Shown here in pieces: positions 40,502 through 49,994 of a DNA stretch of 64,000 bases (positions within the stretch are counted from its first letter, which is position 1; every line of letters begins with the position of its first letter). Origin of the DNA: Pseudomonas aeruginosa PAO1 (lineage in GTDB: Bacteria > Pseudomonadota > Gammaproteobacteria > Pseudomonadales > Pseudomonadaceae); NCBI RefSeq assembly GCF_000006765.1, contig NC_002516.2, one strand, 5' to 3'. Below the pieces are notes generated by a model, which was not told where the DNA came from, did not search any database, and saw nothing but the letters and a program-made list of their open reading frames with translations. Position numbers and translations under genes: made by a program.

Positions 40502-40536
40502 AAAAAAAAAGGCGGTCCCGTTCGCACGGCACCGCC
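40502..40536 (-). terminator. Rho-independent terminator of the thiolase gene
   Basis: Minus strand GGCGGT-G-CCG-N6-CGG-G-ACCGCC followed by T9. Confidence 0.85.
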
Positions 40537-40590
40537 CAAGTCACGGAGTTGCTTACATCGTCGAGCGACAAGGCCGCTCGCCCTATTGGA

Positions 40591-41868
40591 TTACCGCTCG
40601 ATGATCGCGGTCACACCCTGCCCACCGGCGGCGCAGATGGAAATCAGCCCGCGTCCCTGCTCCGCCAGCGAGAGCAGCTTGGCCAGGTTGGCGACGATCC
40701 GTCCTCCCGTGGCGGCGAACGGGTGGCCGGCGGCCAGTGAGCTGCCCTTGACGTTGAGCTTGCTGCGGTCGATGGAGCCCAGCGGCTGGTCGAGGCCGAG
40801 GCGGGTCTTGCAGTACTCGGGGTCTTCCCAGGCCTTCAGGGTGCAGAGCACCTGGGCGGCGAAGGCCTCGTGGATCTCGTAGTAGTCGAAGTCCTGCAGA
40901 CTCAGGCCGTTGCGTGCCAGCAGCCGCGGCACCGCGTAGACCGGCGCCATCAGCAGGCCCTCCTGGCGATCGACGAAGTTCACCGCCGCCGCCTCGCCGT
41001 CCTTGAAATAGGCCAGGATCGGCAGGCCGCGCGCCTTCGCCCACTCCTCGCTGGCCAGCAGTACCACCGAGGCGCCGTCGGTCAGCGGCGTCGAGTTGGC
41101 CGCCGTGAGGGTGCCGCGCGAACCGCGCTCGAACACCGGCTTGAGGGTGCCGATCTTCTCCAGGTCGATATCCGGGCGCAGGTTCTGGTCGCGGGTCAGG
41201 CCGCGGAACGGCGTCATCAAGTCGTTCTGCCAGCCCTCCTCATAGGCCGCGGCCAGCTTGTGGTGGCTCTCGAAGGCCAGCCTGTCCTGCTCGTCGCGGG
41301 GAATCTGCCAGGTCTGCGCCATCAGTTCGCAGGACTCCCCCATTGACAGCCCGGTGCGCGGCTCGCCGTTGCGCGGGATGGCCGGGACCACGTGGCGCGG
41401 GCGGATCTTCAGCAGGCTCTTGAGCTTGTCCAGGTTGCTCTTGCCGCGGTTGGCCTCGAGGAGAATCTTGCGCAGGCCCTCGTTGACCCCGATCGGAGCG
41501 TCGGAAGTGGTATCGACGCCGCCGGCGATGCCGCTGTCGATCTGCCCGAGGGCGATCTTGTTGGCCACCAGGATCGCCGCCTCCAGGCCGGTACCGCAGG
41601 CCTGCTGGATATCGTAGGCCGGGGTTTCCGGGGCCAGGCGCGAACCGAGCACGCATTCGCGGGTCAGGTTGAAGTCGCGCGAATGCTTCAGCACGGCGCC
41701 GGCCACCACCTCGCCAAGGCGCTCTCCGTGCAGGTTGTAGCGCTCCACCAGGCCTTCCAGGGCGGAAGTGAGCATCTCCTGGTTGCTCGCCGTGGCGTAC
41801 ACGGTGTTCGAGCGGGCGAAGGGAATACGGTTGCCGCCGACAATGGCGACCCGGCGCAGCTGGGTCAT
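40591..41868 (-). CDS. Acetyl-CoA acyltransferase (thiolase, FadA2-like)
   Basis: QACGTG catalytic Cys, IHEAF, GHPFAATG and SICAAGGQG motifs. Confidence 0.93.
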   Translation of the reverse strand: MTQLRRVAIVGGNRIPFARSNTVYATASNQEMLTSALEGLVERYNLHGERLGEVVAGAVLKHSRDFNLTRECVLGSRLAPETPAYDIQQACGTGLEAAILVANKIALGQIDSGIAGGVDTTSDAPIGVNEGLRKILLEANRGKSNLDKLKSLLKIRPRHVVPAIPRNGEPRTGLSMGESCELMAQTWQIPRDEQDRLAFESHHKLAAAYEEGWQNDLMTPFRGLTRDQNLRPDIDLEKIGTLKPVFERGSRGTLTAANSTPLTDGASVVLLASEEWAKARGLPILAYFKDGEAAAVNFVDRQEGLLMAPVYAVPRLLARNGLSLQDFDYYEIHEAFAAQVLCTLKAWEDPEYCKTRLGLDQPLGSIDRSKLNVKGSSLAAGHPFAATGGRIVANLAKLLSLAEQGRGLISICAAGGQGVTAIIER

Positions 41869-42122
41869 GGAAGAACTCCTTGCTGGAATCGTTTACGCCG
41901 AGCCGAGGCTCGACCCGTTAACTGAGCGGTCAGTGGCGCACAGGCTAACCTTAGCCGGTCGCGTCGCATTGGCCGCCCTGCCGTTATCCCGGTCAGCGCG
42001 GTCAATTGCGGCGAACAGGTGGCTGCGTAGAGTTGTCCACACTGTTACCCGCGTTCCCTCGGCATCGTTGGCCGGCGGAATCCACCTTCAGCCTTGGAGC
42101 CTTTCCACCGGGAGCCCGTTCC

Positions 42123-43478
42123 ATGACCGATCGTTACATCGCCTTCGCCAACTCCCCCGTCGGCCGCCGCCTGGTTGGCGCCGTCGGCCTTCCCTCCCCG
42201 CTGCGCCTGGAGCGCTGGCAGGCCGGCCGGGTGCGCCCGGTGGACGGCCCGCTGGTGATCGGCGGGAGCGGCGCGCTGGCCGAGGCCGTGCTGCCCTTCG
42301 CCGGCAAGCTGACCGACGCGGTGTTCGCCGCCGTCGACGGACAGTTCGAGCTGCCGCGCTGGACCGCCGAGCACAGCCCGCGGGCCAAGGCGGTGCTGTT
42401 CGACGCCAGCGGCCTGACCCGCTTCGAGCAGTTGGTGGCGCTGCGCGACTTCTTCCAGCCGGTGCTCAAGGGCCTCGACAAGTGCCCGAAGGTGGTGGTC
42501 CTCGGACGCCCCCCCGAGTCTCTCAAGGACCCGGTCACCGCCAGCGTGCAACGCAGCCTGGAAGGTTTCACCCGCTCCCTGGGCAAGGAAATCCGTCGCG
42601 GCGGCAACGTGCAGTTGCTGTACGTCGGCAAGGGCGCCGAGGACCAACTGGAAGGCGCGCTGCGCTTCTTCCTCTCGCCGAAGAGCGCCTACGTCTCCGG
42701 CCAGGTGATCCGTCTTGCCGCCAACAGCGCCCAGGTCCACGACTGGAGCAAGCCGCTGGCCGGCCAGCGCGCACTGGTCACCGGCGCCGCCCGCGGCATT
42801 GGCGCGGCCATCGCGGAAACCCTGGCGCGCGACGGCGCGGAAGTGGTGCTGCTCGACGTGCCGCCGGCCAGGGAGGCCCTCGAAGGCCTCGCCGCGCGCC
42901 TCGGCGGCCGTGCCGTGGCCCTCGACATCTGCGCCGCGGACGCCGGGCAGCAACTGGTGGAGGCGCTGCCGGAGGGCGTCGATATCGTCGTGCACAACGC
43001 CGGGATCACTCGCGACAAGACCCTGGCGAAGATGAGCAGCGACTTCTGGAACTCGGTGATCAACGTCAACCTCAATGCCCCGCAGGTGCTGACCCAGGCC
43101 CTGCTCGACGGCGGCAAGCTGCATGACAACGGCCGGGTGGTGTTGCTGGCGTCGATCAGCGGCATCGCCGGCAACCTCGGGCAGAGCAACTACGCGGTGA
43201 GCAAGGCCGGCCTGATCGGCCTGGCCCAGGCCTGGGCGCCGGCGCTGGGCAAGCGCGGCATCACCATCAACGCGGTGGCGCCGGGCTTCATCGAGACGCA
43301 GATGACCGCCGCCATTCCGCTGACCATCCGCGAGGCCGGCCGGCGGATGAACTCCATGAGCCAGGGCGGCCTGCCGCAGGACGTCGCCGAAACGGTGGCC
43401 TGGTTCGCCCAGCCGTCGTCCGGCGCGGTCAGCGGCCAGGTGCTGAGGGTGTGCGGGCAGAGCCTGCTGGGGGCCTGA
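42123..43478 (+). CDS. High-molecular-weight 3-oxoacyl reductase (FabG4-like SDR)
   Basis: About 200 aa N-terminal extension plus TGAARGIG, HNAGITRD and YAVSK motifs. Confidence 0.9.
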   Translation: MTDRYIAFANSPVGRRLVGAVGLPSPLRLERWQAGRVRPVDGPLVIGGSGALAEAVLPFAGKLTDAVFAAVDGQFELPRWTAEHSPRAKAVLFDASGLTRFEQLVALRDFFQPVLKGLDKCPKVVVLGRPPESLKDPVTASVQRSLEGFTRSLGKEIRRGGNVQLLYVGKGAEDQLEGALRFFLSPKSAYVSGQVIRLAANSAQVHDWSKPLAGQRALVTGAARGIGAAIAETLARDGAEVVLLDVPPAREALEGLAARLGGRAVALDICAADAGQQLVEALPEGVDIVVHNAGITRDKTLAKMSSDFWNSVINVNLNAPQVLTQALLDGGKLHDNGRVVLLASISGIAGNLGQSNYAVSKAGLIGLAQAWAPALGKRGITINAVAPGFIETQMTAAIPLTIREAGRRMNSMSQGGLPQDVAETVAWFAQPSSGAVSGQVLRVCGQSLLGA

Positions 43479-43515
43479 GGCGGCCCCTGACTCCCCGGCA
43501 ACAGGACGCCGACCC

Positions 43516-43549
43516 GGTAGGGCGGATAACGCCAACGGCGTTATCTGCC
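43516..43549 (+). repeat. GTAG-family REP
   Basis: GGTAGGGCGGATAACGCCAACGGCGTTATCTGCC. Confidence 0.88.
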
Positions 43550-43589
43550 CCTGCACCGGGAAACCACCGGTAGCCCCTTCGGACAGGCC

Positions 43590-44591
43590 CTACCCGCGCC
43601 CCTGCTGCCCGCGCCGGCGGAACTCCACCGGCGTCTCGCCGACCCAGCGCTTGAACGCGCGATAGAAGGTGCTCGGCTCGGAAAACCCGGTGCGTTCGAC
43701 GATCACTTCGATGCGCTCGTCGGTCTTCAGCAGCAGTTCCTTGGCCAGTCGGCAGCGGTAGTCGGTGACCAGATCGTTGAAGCGCACCCCGGCCATCGCC
43801 AGGCGTTCGCGCAGACGTCGGGCCGGCATGCCGAGGCGCGCGGCGACCTGCTCCAGGGTGGCGCCTCCGTCCACCAGCAACTCGCCGATCAGTTCGCGGA
43901 CCTGGCGCACCAGGTCCAGGCGCTCCACCTCGGCCAGTTGCCGGCGCGCCAGCGACTCGTGCATGCGCAGCAGTTCCGGGGCGGCGTGGCGCGAGGGTTT
44001 GTCCAGCACCGCGGCATCGAATACCAGCGCGTAGCGCGGCATGCCGAGGATCGTCGGGCAGCCGTAGACCGCACGGTAGCGCTCCATCGGCGCGCCGGTT
44101 TCGTTCATCAGTTGCACTTCCAGCGGCTTGAACTCGCCCTCGGTGAGCGCGCCGAACAGGCGGATCACCGCGCCGGCGAGCATTTCCGGGAAGTGGCGGT
44201 TGATCGCCGGCGATTCGCCCAGCGACAGCACCGCGCGCTCGCCCTCCACCTCCAGTTGCGCCTGCAGGGTGTCGGACAGCAGGCGTACGTAGCGCAGGGA
44301 ATGGCGCAGGCCGGCGCCGAAGGTATCGCTGGAGAGGAACAGGTATTCCAGGAGCAGGCCGTGGAACGCCGGCAGGTGCTCGGCCAGGTGCAGGCCGACA
44401 TGCTCTTCGCCGCACTCGTCGGCGGCGGCCTTCCAGAACAGGTTCTGTGCGGAATGGGGGAAACGGCCGGCCGGCAGGCCACCCGGCGGCAGCCCGACAC
44501 GGACCAGGACCCGGTCCGGATCGCAGCCGCTGGCGCGCAGGGCGTCGATCACCGGGCGCATCAGCGCTACATCGTCGGTCAGATCACGCAT
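43590..44591 (-). CDS. AraC-family regulator (OruR/ArgR-like N-terminal domain)
   Basis: C-terminal double HTH (LEQVAARLGM..GFSEPSTFYRAFKRWVGETP). Confidence 0.92.
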   Translation of the reverse strand: MRDLTDDVALMRPVIDALRASGCDPDRVLVRVGLPPGGLPAGRFPHSAQNLFWKAAADECGEEHVGLHLAEHLPAFHGLLLEYLFLSSDTFGAGLRHSLRYVRLLSDTLQAQLEVEGERAVLSLGESPAINRHFPEMLAGAVIRLFGALTEGEFKPLEVQLMNETGAPMERYRAVYGCPTILGMPRYALVFDAAVLDKPSRHAAPELLRMHESLARRQLAEVERLDLVRQVRELIGELLVDGGATLEQVAARLGMPARRLRERLAMAGVRFNDLVTDYRCRLAKELLLKTDERIEVIVERTGFSEPSTFYRAFKRWVGETPVEFRRRGQQGRG

Positions 44592-44851
44592 GGTGTTTTT
44601 TCTAGTTATCCATGGGGCGGGCCCATCTTAGGCAGCTTTGCCATCCCCTCTCAAGGAGAGGCCATAGAAATAACCCATCCCGCATGACGGAAAAACCCTC
44701 AGATCGACTAGCCGCCGGCGTGGTCGAAAATCTCGATGCAGACGCATCCCGGAGCCGATTGACCGCCCTGCCAGCGGCGTCGGCCAGGCGGCCAATGCCT
44801 GCTGCGGGTGCTCGACTAAGCTGACAGCCACCTATTTCGAGGAGATGTCCA

Positions 44852-45709
44852 ATGCCCACCGCCTGGCTCGACCTGCCCGCCCCACCCGCCCTGCCCGGCC
44901 TGTTCCTGCGCGCCGCACTGCGCCGCGGCATCCGCGGCAAGGCCCTGCCCGAGCGCGGCCTGCGCAGCCAGGTCACGGTGGACCCGAAGCACCTCGAGCG
45001 CTACCGCCAGGTCTGCGGCTTCCGCGACGACGGCCTGCTGCCGCCGACCTACCCGCACATCCTCGCCTTCCCGCTGCAGATGGCGCTGCTCACCGACAAG
45101 CGCTTCCCCTTCCCGCTGCTCGGCCTGGTCCACCTGGAGAACCGCATCGACGTGCTGCGCGCGCTCGGCGGCCTCGGCCCGTTCACCGTGAGCGTCGCGG
45201 TGGAAAACCTGCAACCGCACGACAAGGGCGCCACCTTCAGCATCGTCACCCGCCTGGAAGACCAGCTTGGCCTGCTCTGGGTCGGCGACAGCAAGGTGCT
45301 CTGCCGCGGCGTCAAGGTGCCCGGCGAAATTCCGCCGAAAGCCGAGCAGGAGCCGCTGCCGCTGGAGCCGGTCGACAACTGGAAGGCGCCCGCCGACATC
45401 GGCCGGCGCTATGCCCGTGCCGCCGGCGACTACAACCCGATCCACCTGTCGGCGCCCAGCGCCAAGCTGTTCGGCTTTCCCCGCGCCATCGCCCACGGCC
45501 TGTGGAACAAGGCTCGCAGCCTGGCCGCCCTCGGCGAGCGACTGCCAGCCTCGGGCTATCGGGTCGAGGTGCGCTTCCAGAAGCCAGTGCTGCTGCCGGC
45601 CAGCCTCACCCTCCTGGCCAGCGCGGCGGCGGCGGACGGCCAGTTCAGCCTGCGCGGCAAGGACGACCTGCCGCACATGGCCGGGCATTGGAGCCGGCTA
45701 CAGGGCTGA
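44852..45709 (+). CDS. Double hot-dog MaoC-like (R)-enoyl dehydratase (HtdX-like)
   Basis: YARAAGDYNPIHLSAPSAKLFGFPRAIAHG hydratase-2 motif. Confidence 0.9.
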   Translation: MPTAWLDLPAPPALPGLFLRAALRRGIRGKALPERGLRSQVTVDPKHLERYRQVCGFRDDGLLPPTYPHILAFPLQMALLTDKRFPFPLLGLVHLENRIDVLRALGGLGPFTVSVAVENLQPHDKGATFSIVTRLEDQLGLLWVGDSKVLCRGVKVPGEIPPKAEQEPLPLEPVDNWKAPADIGRRYARAAGDYNPIHLSAPSAKLFGFPRAIAHGLWNKARSLAALGERLPASGYRVEVRFQKPVLLPASLTLLASAAAADGQFSLRGKDDLPHMAGHWSRLQG

Positions 45710-45790
45710 CGCCGGTCCGCCATGCCTTGAAGCTTCGGGCGCAAAGCCCGAAGCTATGCGGCTGCTTACCGCCACCGCGAAGAATCCCCC

Positions 45791-46096
45791 ATGGACCTGC
45801 ACGAACTCACCGCGCGCCTGCACGCCATCCGCGACCGCAACGACTGGCGCCAATTCCACAGCCCGAAGAACCTGGCCATGGCCGCCAGCGTCGAGATGGC
45901 CGAACTGGTGGAGATCTTCCAGTGGCTGACGGAAGACCAGTCGCGCACGCTGTCGGCCGAGCAGCTCGAACACGCTGGCCAGGAAGTTGGCGACATCGTC
46001 CTTTATCTGCTGCTGTTCTGCGGGGAAACCGGCCTCGACCTGGAACAGGTGGTGCGCGCCAAGCTGGCCGACTGCGAACGGCGCTTCCTGCCATGA
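45791..46096 (+). CDS. MazG-like nucleotide pyrophosphohydrolase
   Basis: DWRQFHSPKNL..EMAELVE..EVGD motif. Confidence 0.88.
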   Translation: MDLHELTARLHAIRDRNDWRQFHSPKNLAMAASVEMAELVEIFQWLTEDQSRTLSAEQLEHAGQEVGDIVLYLLLFCGETGLDLEQVVRAKLADCERRFLP

Positions 46097-46842
46097 GCGA
46101 CCGCCATTTCGACGAACTGGCGACGCGCTTCGCCGAAAAGATCTATGGCGGCGCCAAGGGTGCGATCCGCCTCGCGGTACTCCAGGCCGACCTCGCCGAG
46201 GCCCTCCCGGAGCGACCTCTGCGGGTCCTCGACATCGGCGCCGGGCTCGGCCACATGTCGCTCTGGCTGGCCGCTCGCGGCCACCGCGTAACCCTCGCCG
46301 AGCCAGCGCAACCCATGCTCGACGGCGCCCGCCAGCGCTTCGCCGAAGCCGGGCAGGCCGCCGAATTCATCCAGGCGCCCTGGCAGGAACTGCTCGGCCA
46401 GCTCACCGAGCCCTACGACCTGGTGCTCTGCCACGCCGTGCTCGAGTGGCTGGCCGAACCCCATGCGATCCTGCCGGTGCTGCACCAACTCTGCGCACCC
46501 GGCGGCTGGCTGTCGCTGGCCTTCTACAATCGCGACGCGCTGATCTACCGCAACCTGCTCAAGGGCCACTTCCGCAAGCTGCGCAAGGAACGCTTCGCTG
46601 GCGAGGGGCAGAGCCTGACCCCGCAGCGCCCGCTCGACCCGCGCGAGCTGGAACAGGCGCTGGCAGCGCGTTGGCGCATCGAGGCGCGCAGCGGCGTGCG
46701 GGTGTTCCACGACTACATGCCGAGCGAGTTCCAGGCCAAGGCCGAACGGCTCGACCTGGTGGAAATGGAACTGGCCTACCGCCGCCACCCGGCCTTTGCC
46801 GGGCTTGGCCGCTACCTGCACTGGCTGTGCCGCCCGCAATGA
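46093..46842 (+). CDS. SAM-dependent methyltransferase (SmtA/CmoM-like)
   Basis: ATGA overlap with the MazG gene; VLDIGAGLG, CHAVLEW and GRYLH motifs. Confidence 0.88.
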   Translation: MSDRHFDELATRFAEKIYGGAKGAIRLAVLQADLAEALPERPLRVLDIGAGLGHMSLWLAARGHRVTLAEPAQPMLDGARQRFAEAGQAAEFIQAPWQELLGQLTEPYDLVLCHAVLEWLAEPHAILPVLHQLCAPGGWLSLAFYNRDALIYRNLLKGHFRKLRKERFAGEGQSLTPQRPLDPRELEQALAARWRIEARSGVRVFHDYMPSEFQAKAERLDLVEMELAYRRHPAFAGLGRYLHWLCRPQ

Positions 46843-46907
46843 AAGGCGCAGAATGCAGTCTGAGCCTGCAAGGGCCGCCGACGTAGCGCGGCCACGGAGC
46901 GTCGAGC

Positions 46908-47528
46908 ATGCAATCGCGACTGTTGATCCTGCCGTTACTCGCCAGCCTGGCCGCCCTCGGTGCCTGCCAGGGCGACAATCCCTACCGCGCCAGCTCTCTG
47001 CCCTACCCGCCGCAGCCGGCCACCGCGGCCAATCCCGGCCTCGATCCCGGCGCCTATCCGGCGGCGCCGCGCGACTACGCCCGCTACCGTAGCTGGAGCT
47101 GGGCCGCCGCCGGGGTCAGCGGCTTTCCCCAGGGCCTGGACGACAACCAGTTGCGCGACGCCGTCAGCCAGCAGCTCGACCAGCGCGGCCTGCGCCCGGC
47201 GCGGCCGGGCAGCGCGGCCGACCTGCAGGTCAGCGCGTTCCTGCGCAACGAACTGCGCACCCGCCAGGTTACCGACTACTACGGCGGCTACTACGGCAAC
47301 TACGGCGGCTGGCGCGATCCCTGGTACGGCTATGGCGCCAGCTACCCGGTGACCCGCAGCTACACCGTGCAGGTCACCGTGGTCCGCGTCGAGCTGAACG
47401 ACGCCCGCAGCGGCCAGCCGGTGTGGGGCAACAGCGCCGAGTTCGACTCCGGCGACTCCGCCAGCGAACAGGCCAAGGCCCTGCGCGAAGCGGTGAAACG
47501 GGCGCTGTCGAGCTACCCGCCGGGCTGA
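46908..47528 (+). CDS. DUF4136-like lipoprotein
   Basis: Lipobox LGAC, YRSWSW, QLDQRGL and VWG motifs. Confidence 0.85.
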   Translation: MQSRLLILPLLASLAALGACQGDNPYRASSLPYPPQPATAANPGLDPGAYPAAPRDYARYRSWSWAAAGVSGFPQGLDDNQLRDAVSQQLDQRGLRPARPGSAADLQVSAFLRNELRTRQVTDYYGGYYGNYGGWRDPWYGYGASYPVTRSYTVQVTVVRVELNDARSGQPVWGNSAEFDSGDSASEQAKALREAVKRALSSYPPG

Positions 47529-48448
47529 TCGGCGAGCACCCGGCGGCGGATCGCCTCCATCTTCCTGGGCGAGTTGCTCATCACCGCGTCGGCGCCCAGG
47601 GTGCGCGCGGTGCGGTAGTCCTCGGCGGTCTCGATGCCGAACATCACCACCTTCACCGGCTCGCGGCGCACGCAGTCCATCGCTTTGCGCGTCCACAACT
47701 GCGCCGCCGGCACCTTGTAGGAAGACTCGCCAAGGGTGAAGCGCTCGGTCACCGTCAGTTCGCGGCGCAGCTCGATGCCCATCCAGGTGCCGCCGGCCGG
47801 CGGTGCCTCGCAGCGCTCGCCGAAGGCCAGGCCGACCAGGCGGTTGCGCGTCGCATCGCGGCTTTCGAACTGTCGCGCGCGGTCCGCGTAGCGCTGCGTC
47901 AGGTAGTCGTTGGCGGCCTTCTCGGTGGAATAGAAACGCACCCGCGACCAGGCCTTCTGCCGCTCCAGCTCGCCGGCCACGGCATCGACCAGCGGCTCCA
48001 CCGGCAGCGACTTCATGTCGAGGAACACCGGCACCTGCGGCGGGATCGCCCGCAGCGCCTGGCGCAGCGTAGGAATCCGCAGCGGCTTCTGGCGGTAGGG
48101 ATAGCTGCCGTCCTCGGCCTTGAACATATAGCCGGCGTTCAAGCGCGCCAGCTCGGCCAGGCTCGACTGGCCGACCGCGCCGGCGCCCTGGGTCAGGACC
48201 GCCAGGTCAGCGGGGCGATAGAGCACCGGATGGCCATCGGCGCTCAACTGCACCGACAACCATAGCGCGTCGGCGCCGTTGTCCAGCGCCTTGCGGATCG
48301 CCAGCAGGGTGTTCTCCGGGTAGTCCGCGGTGCCGGCGCGATGGGCCACCAGCAGCGGGCCCGGGCCATCCGCCGGTACCACCGAGCGTGCCTCGACGCA
48401 GCCGGACAGCGACAGGCCCAGCAGCAGGATCGCAATACTTCGATTCAT
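47513..48448 (-). CDS. Glycerophosphodiester phosphodiesterase-family lipoprotein
   Basis: Lipobox LSGC, VAHRAG..PENT and GADAVMSNSP motifs. Confidence 0.88.
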   Translation of the reverse strand: MNRSIAILLLGLSLSGCVEARSVVPADGPGPLLVAHRAGTADYPENTLLAIRKALDNGADALWLSVQLSADGHPVLYRPADLAVLTQGAGAVGQSSLAELARLNAGYMFKAEDGSYPYRQKPLRIPTLRQALRAIPPQVPVFLDMKSLPVEPLVDAVAGELERQKAWSRVRFYSTEKAANDYLTQRYADRARQFESRDATRNRLVGLAFGERCEAPPAGGTWMGIELRRELTVTERFTLGESSYKVPAAQLWTRKAMDCVRREPVKVVMFGIETAEDYRTARTLGADAVMSNSPRKMEAIRRRVLADQPGG

Positions 48449-48579
48449 TTCATTCTCCCGTCACGCCCTATAGGGCGGGTGCTCGCCAACGTTACTTGTG
48501 GAGACGCTTCAAACCCGCGTTTCCTCTTGCCTTTCATCCGGCGCTGAGCTTGGATGTGAACTCTGACTGGAGAAAAACC

Positions 48580-49143
48580 ATGATCCGCCGAATCCTGCTG
48601 CTCGGCCTGCTCCTCAGCCTCGCAGCCTGCGAAACCACCCAGCTCGACCGCGACTTCGACAGCTCCCGCGACTTCGCCGCCTACCGTAGCTGGAGCTGGT
48701 CGCAACCCGCCTTCGAATACCGCCCCGACGACCCACGCATCAAGAGCGACCTCACCGAGCAACGCATCCGCGAAGCCGTCGCCCAGCAGCTCGACCAGCG
48801 CGGCCTGCGTCCGGCCCAGGGCAACGCCAGGGGCGACGTCACGGTGCGCGCCTACCTGATCGTCGACGATCGCCAGGACCAGATCACCACCAACTACGGC
48901 GGCGGTTACTGGGGCGGCTACTGGGGAGGATACTGGGGCGGCCCGGCGATGGCCGAGACGCGCACCGTGAATTACAAGGTTGCCACCCTCCAGGTCGACC
49001 TGTTCGACGGCAAGGACGGCAAACTGGTCTGGCGCGGCAGCGGCGAGCAGATCATGCGCACCAGCCCGCCGAGCCCGGCCGAGCGCGAGCAGGCGATCCG
49101 CGAGACGGTGCAGAAAGTCATGTCGCAATACCCGCCGCGCTGA
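48580..49143 (+). CDS. DUF4136-like lipoprotein (paralog)
   Basis: Lipobox LAAC, YRSWSW, QLDQRGL and LVWRG motifs. Confidence 0.87.
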   Translation: MIRRILLLGLLLSLAACETTQLDRDFDSSRDFAAYRSWSWSQPAFEYRPDDPRIKSDLTEQRIREAVAQQLDQRGLRPAQGNARGDVTVRAYLIVDDRQDQITTNYGGGYWGGYWGGYWGGPAMAETRTVNYKVATLQVDLFDGKDGKLVWRGSGEQIMRTSPPSPAEREQAIRETVQKVMSQYPPR

Positions 49144-49144
49144 C

Positions 49145-49627
49145 ATGCAGCTCAGCCACCGCCCGGCGGAGACCGGTGACCTGGAGACGGTCGCCGGCTT
49201 CCCCCAGGACCGCGACGAACTCTTCTATTGCTACCCCAAGGCGATCTGGCCGTTCAGCGTCGCCCAGCTGGCCGCCGCCATCGCCGAACGCCGCGGCAGC
49301 ACCGTGGCCGTGCACGACGGACAGGTGCTCGGCTTCGCCAACTTCTACCAGTGGCAGCACGGCGACTTCTGCGCCCTCGGCAACATGATGGTGGCGCCCG
49401 CCGCGCGCGGTCTGGGCGTGGCCCGCTACCTGATCGGGGTCATGGAAAACCTCGCCCGCGAACAGTACAAAGCGCGCCTGATGAAGATTTCCTGCTTCAA
49501 CGCCAACGCCGCCGGGCTGCTGCTCTATACCCAGCTCGGCTACCAGCCGCGCGCCATCGCCGAACGCCACGATCCGGACGGCCGGCGCGTGGCGCTGATC
49601 CAGATGGACAAGCCCCTTGAACCCTGA
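49145..49627 (+). CDS. GNAT N-acetyltransferase
   Basis: MVAPAARGLGVA acetyl-CoA motif and NAAGLLLYTQLGY. Confidence 0.9.
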   Translation: MQLSHRPAETGDLETVAGFPQDRDELFYCYPKAIWPFSVAQLAAAIAERRGSTVAVHDGQVLGFANFYQWQHGDFCALGNMMVAPAARGLGVARYLIGVMENLAREQYKARLMKISCFNANAAGLLLYTQLGYQPRAIAERHDPDGRRVALIQMDKPLEP

Positions 49628-49994
49628 CACCCACGCCCAGCGCGTCCTCATCATCGTCTCCAGCGGCCCGAGCACCCCGGCCCGCTGCGCCGCGCCCTTC
49701 CACACCGCCACCCTGCTGGCCTGCATGGACGCCGAGGTGACCCTGTTCCTCAGCGGCGAAGGCGTGCAGTTGGCCCGCCGCGCCGTCGCCGACCAGTTGC
49801 GCGCGCTGGACGGCGGCGAGCCGCTGCGCCACTTCATCCGCCAGGCCCGCGAGGCCGGCGCGCGCCTGCTGATGTGCCGCCAACCCGGGGTGAACATCGA
49901 CGAAAGCGAACTGATCGAGGAACTCGACGAAATCTCCAGCGGCGGCGAACTGGCACGGCTGATCCTCGAATCCGAGCGGGTGCTGACCCTATGA
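49617..49994 (+). CDS. DsrE/DsrF-like protein
   Basis: EVTLFLSGEGVQLA and ARLLMC; overlaps both neighbours. Confidence 0.8.
   Translation: MNPDTHAQRVLIIVSSGPSTPARCAAPFHTATLLACMDAEVTLFLSGEGVQLARRAVADQLRALDGGEPLRHFIRQAREAGARLLMCRQPGVNIDESELIEELDEISSGGELARLILESERVLTL

Noticed and set aside
44845-46842. 665-aa ORF spanning the dehydratase, MazG and methyltransferase genes
   Set aside because: Only the last 249 codons (from ATG 46093) encode a recognisable protein; the rest overlaps real genes in other frames
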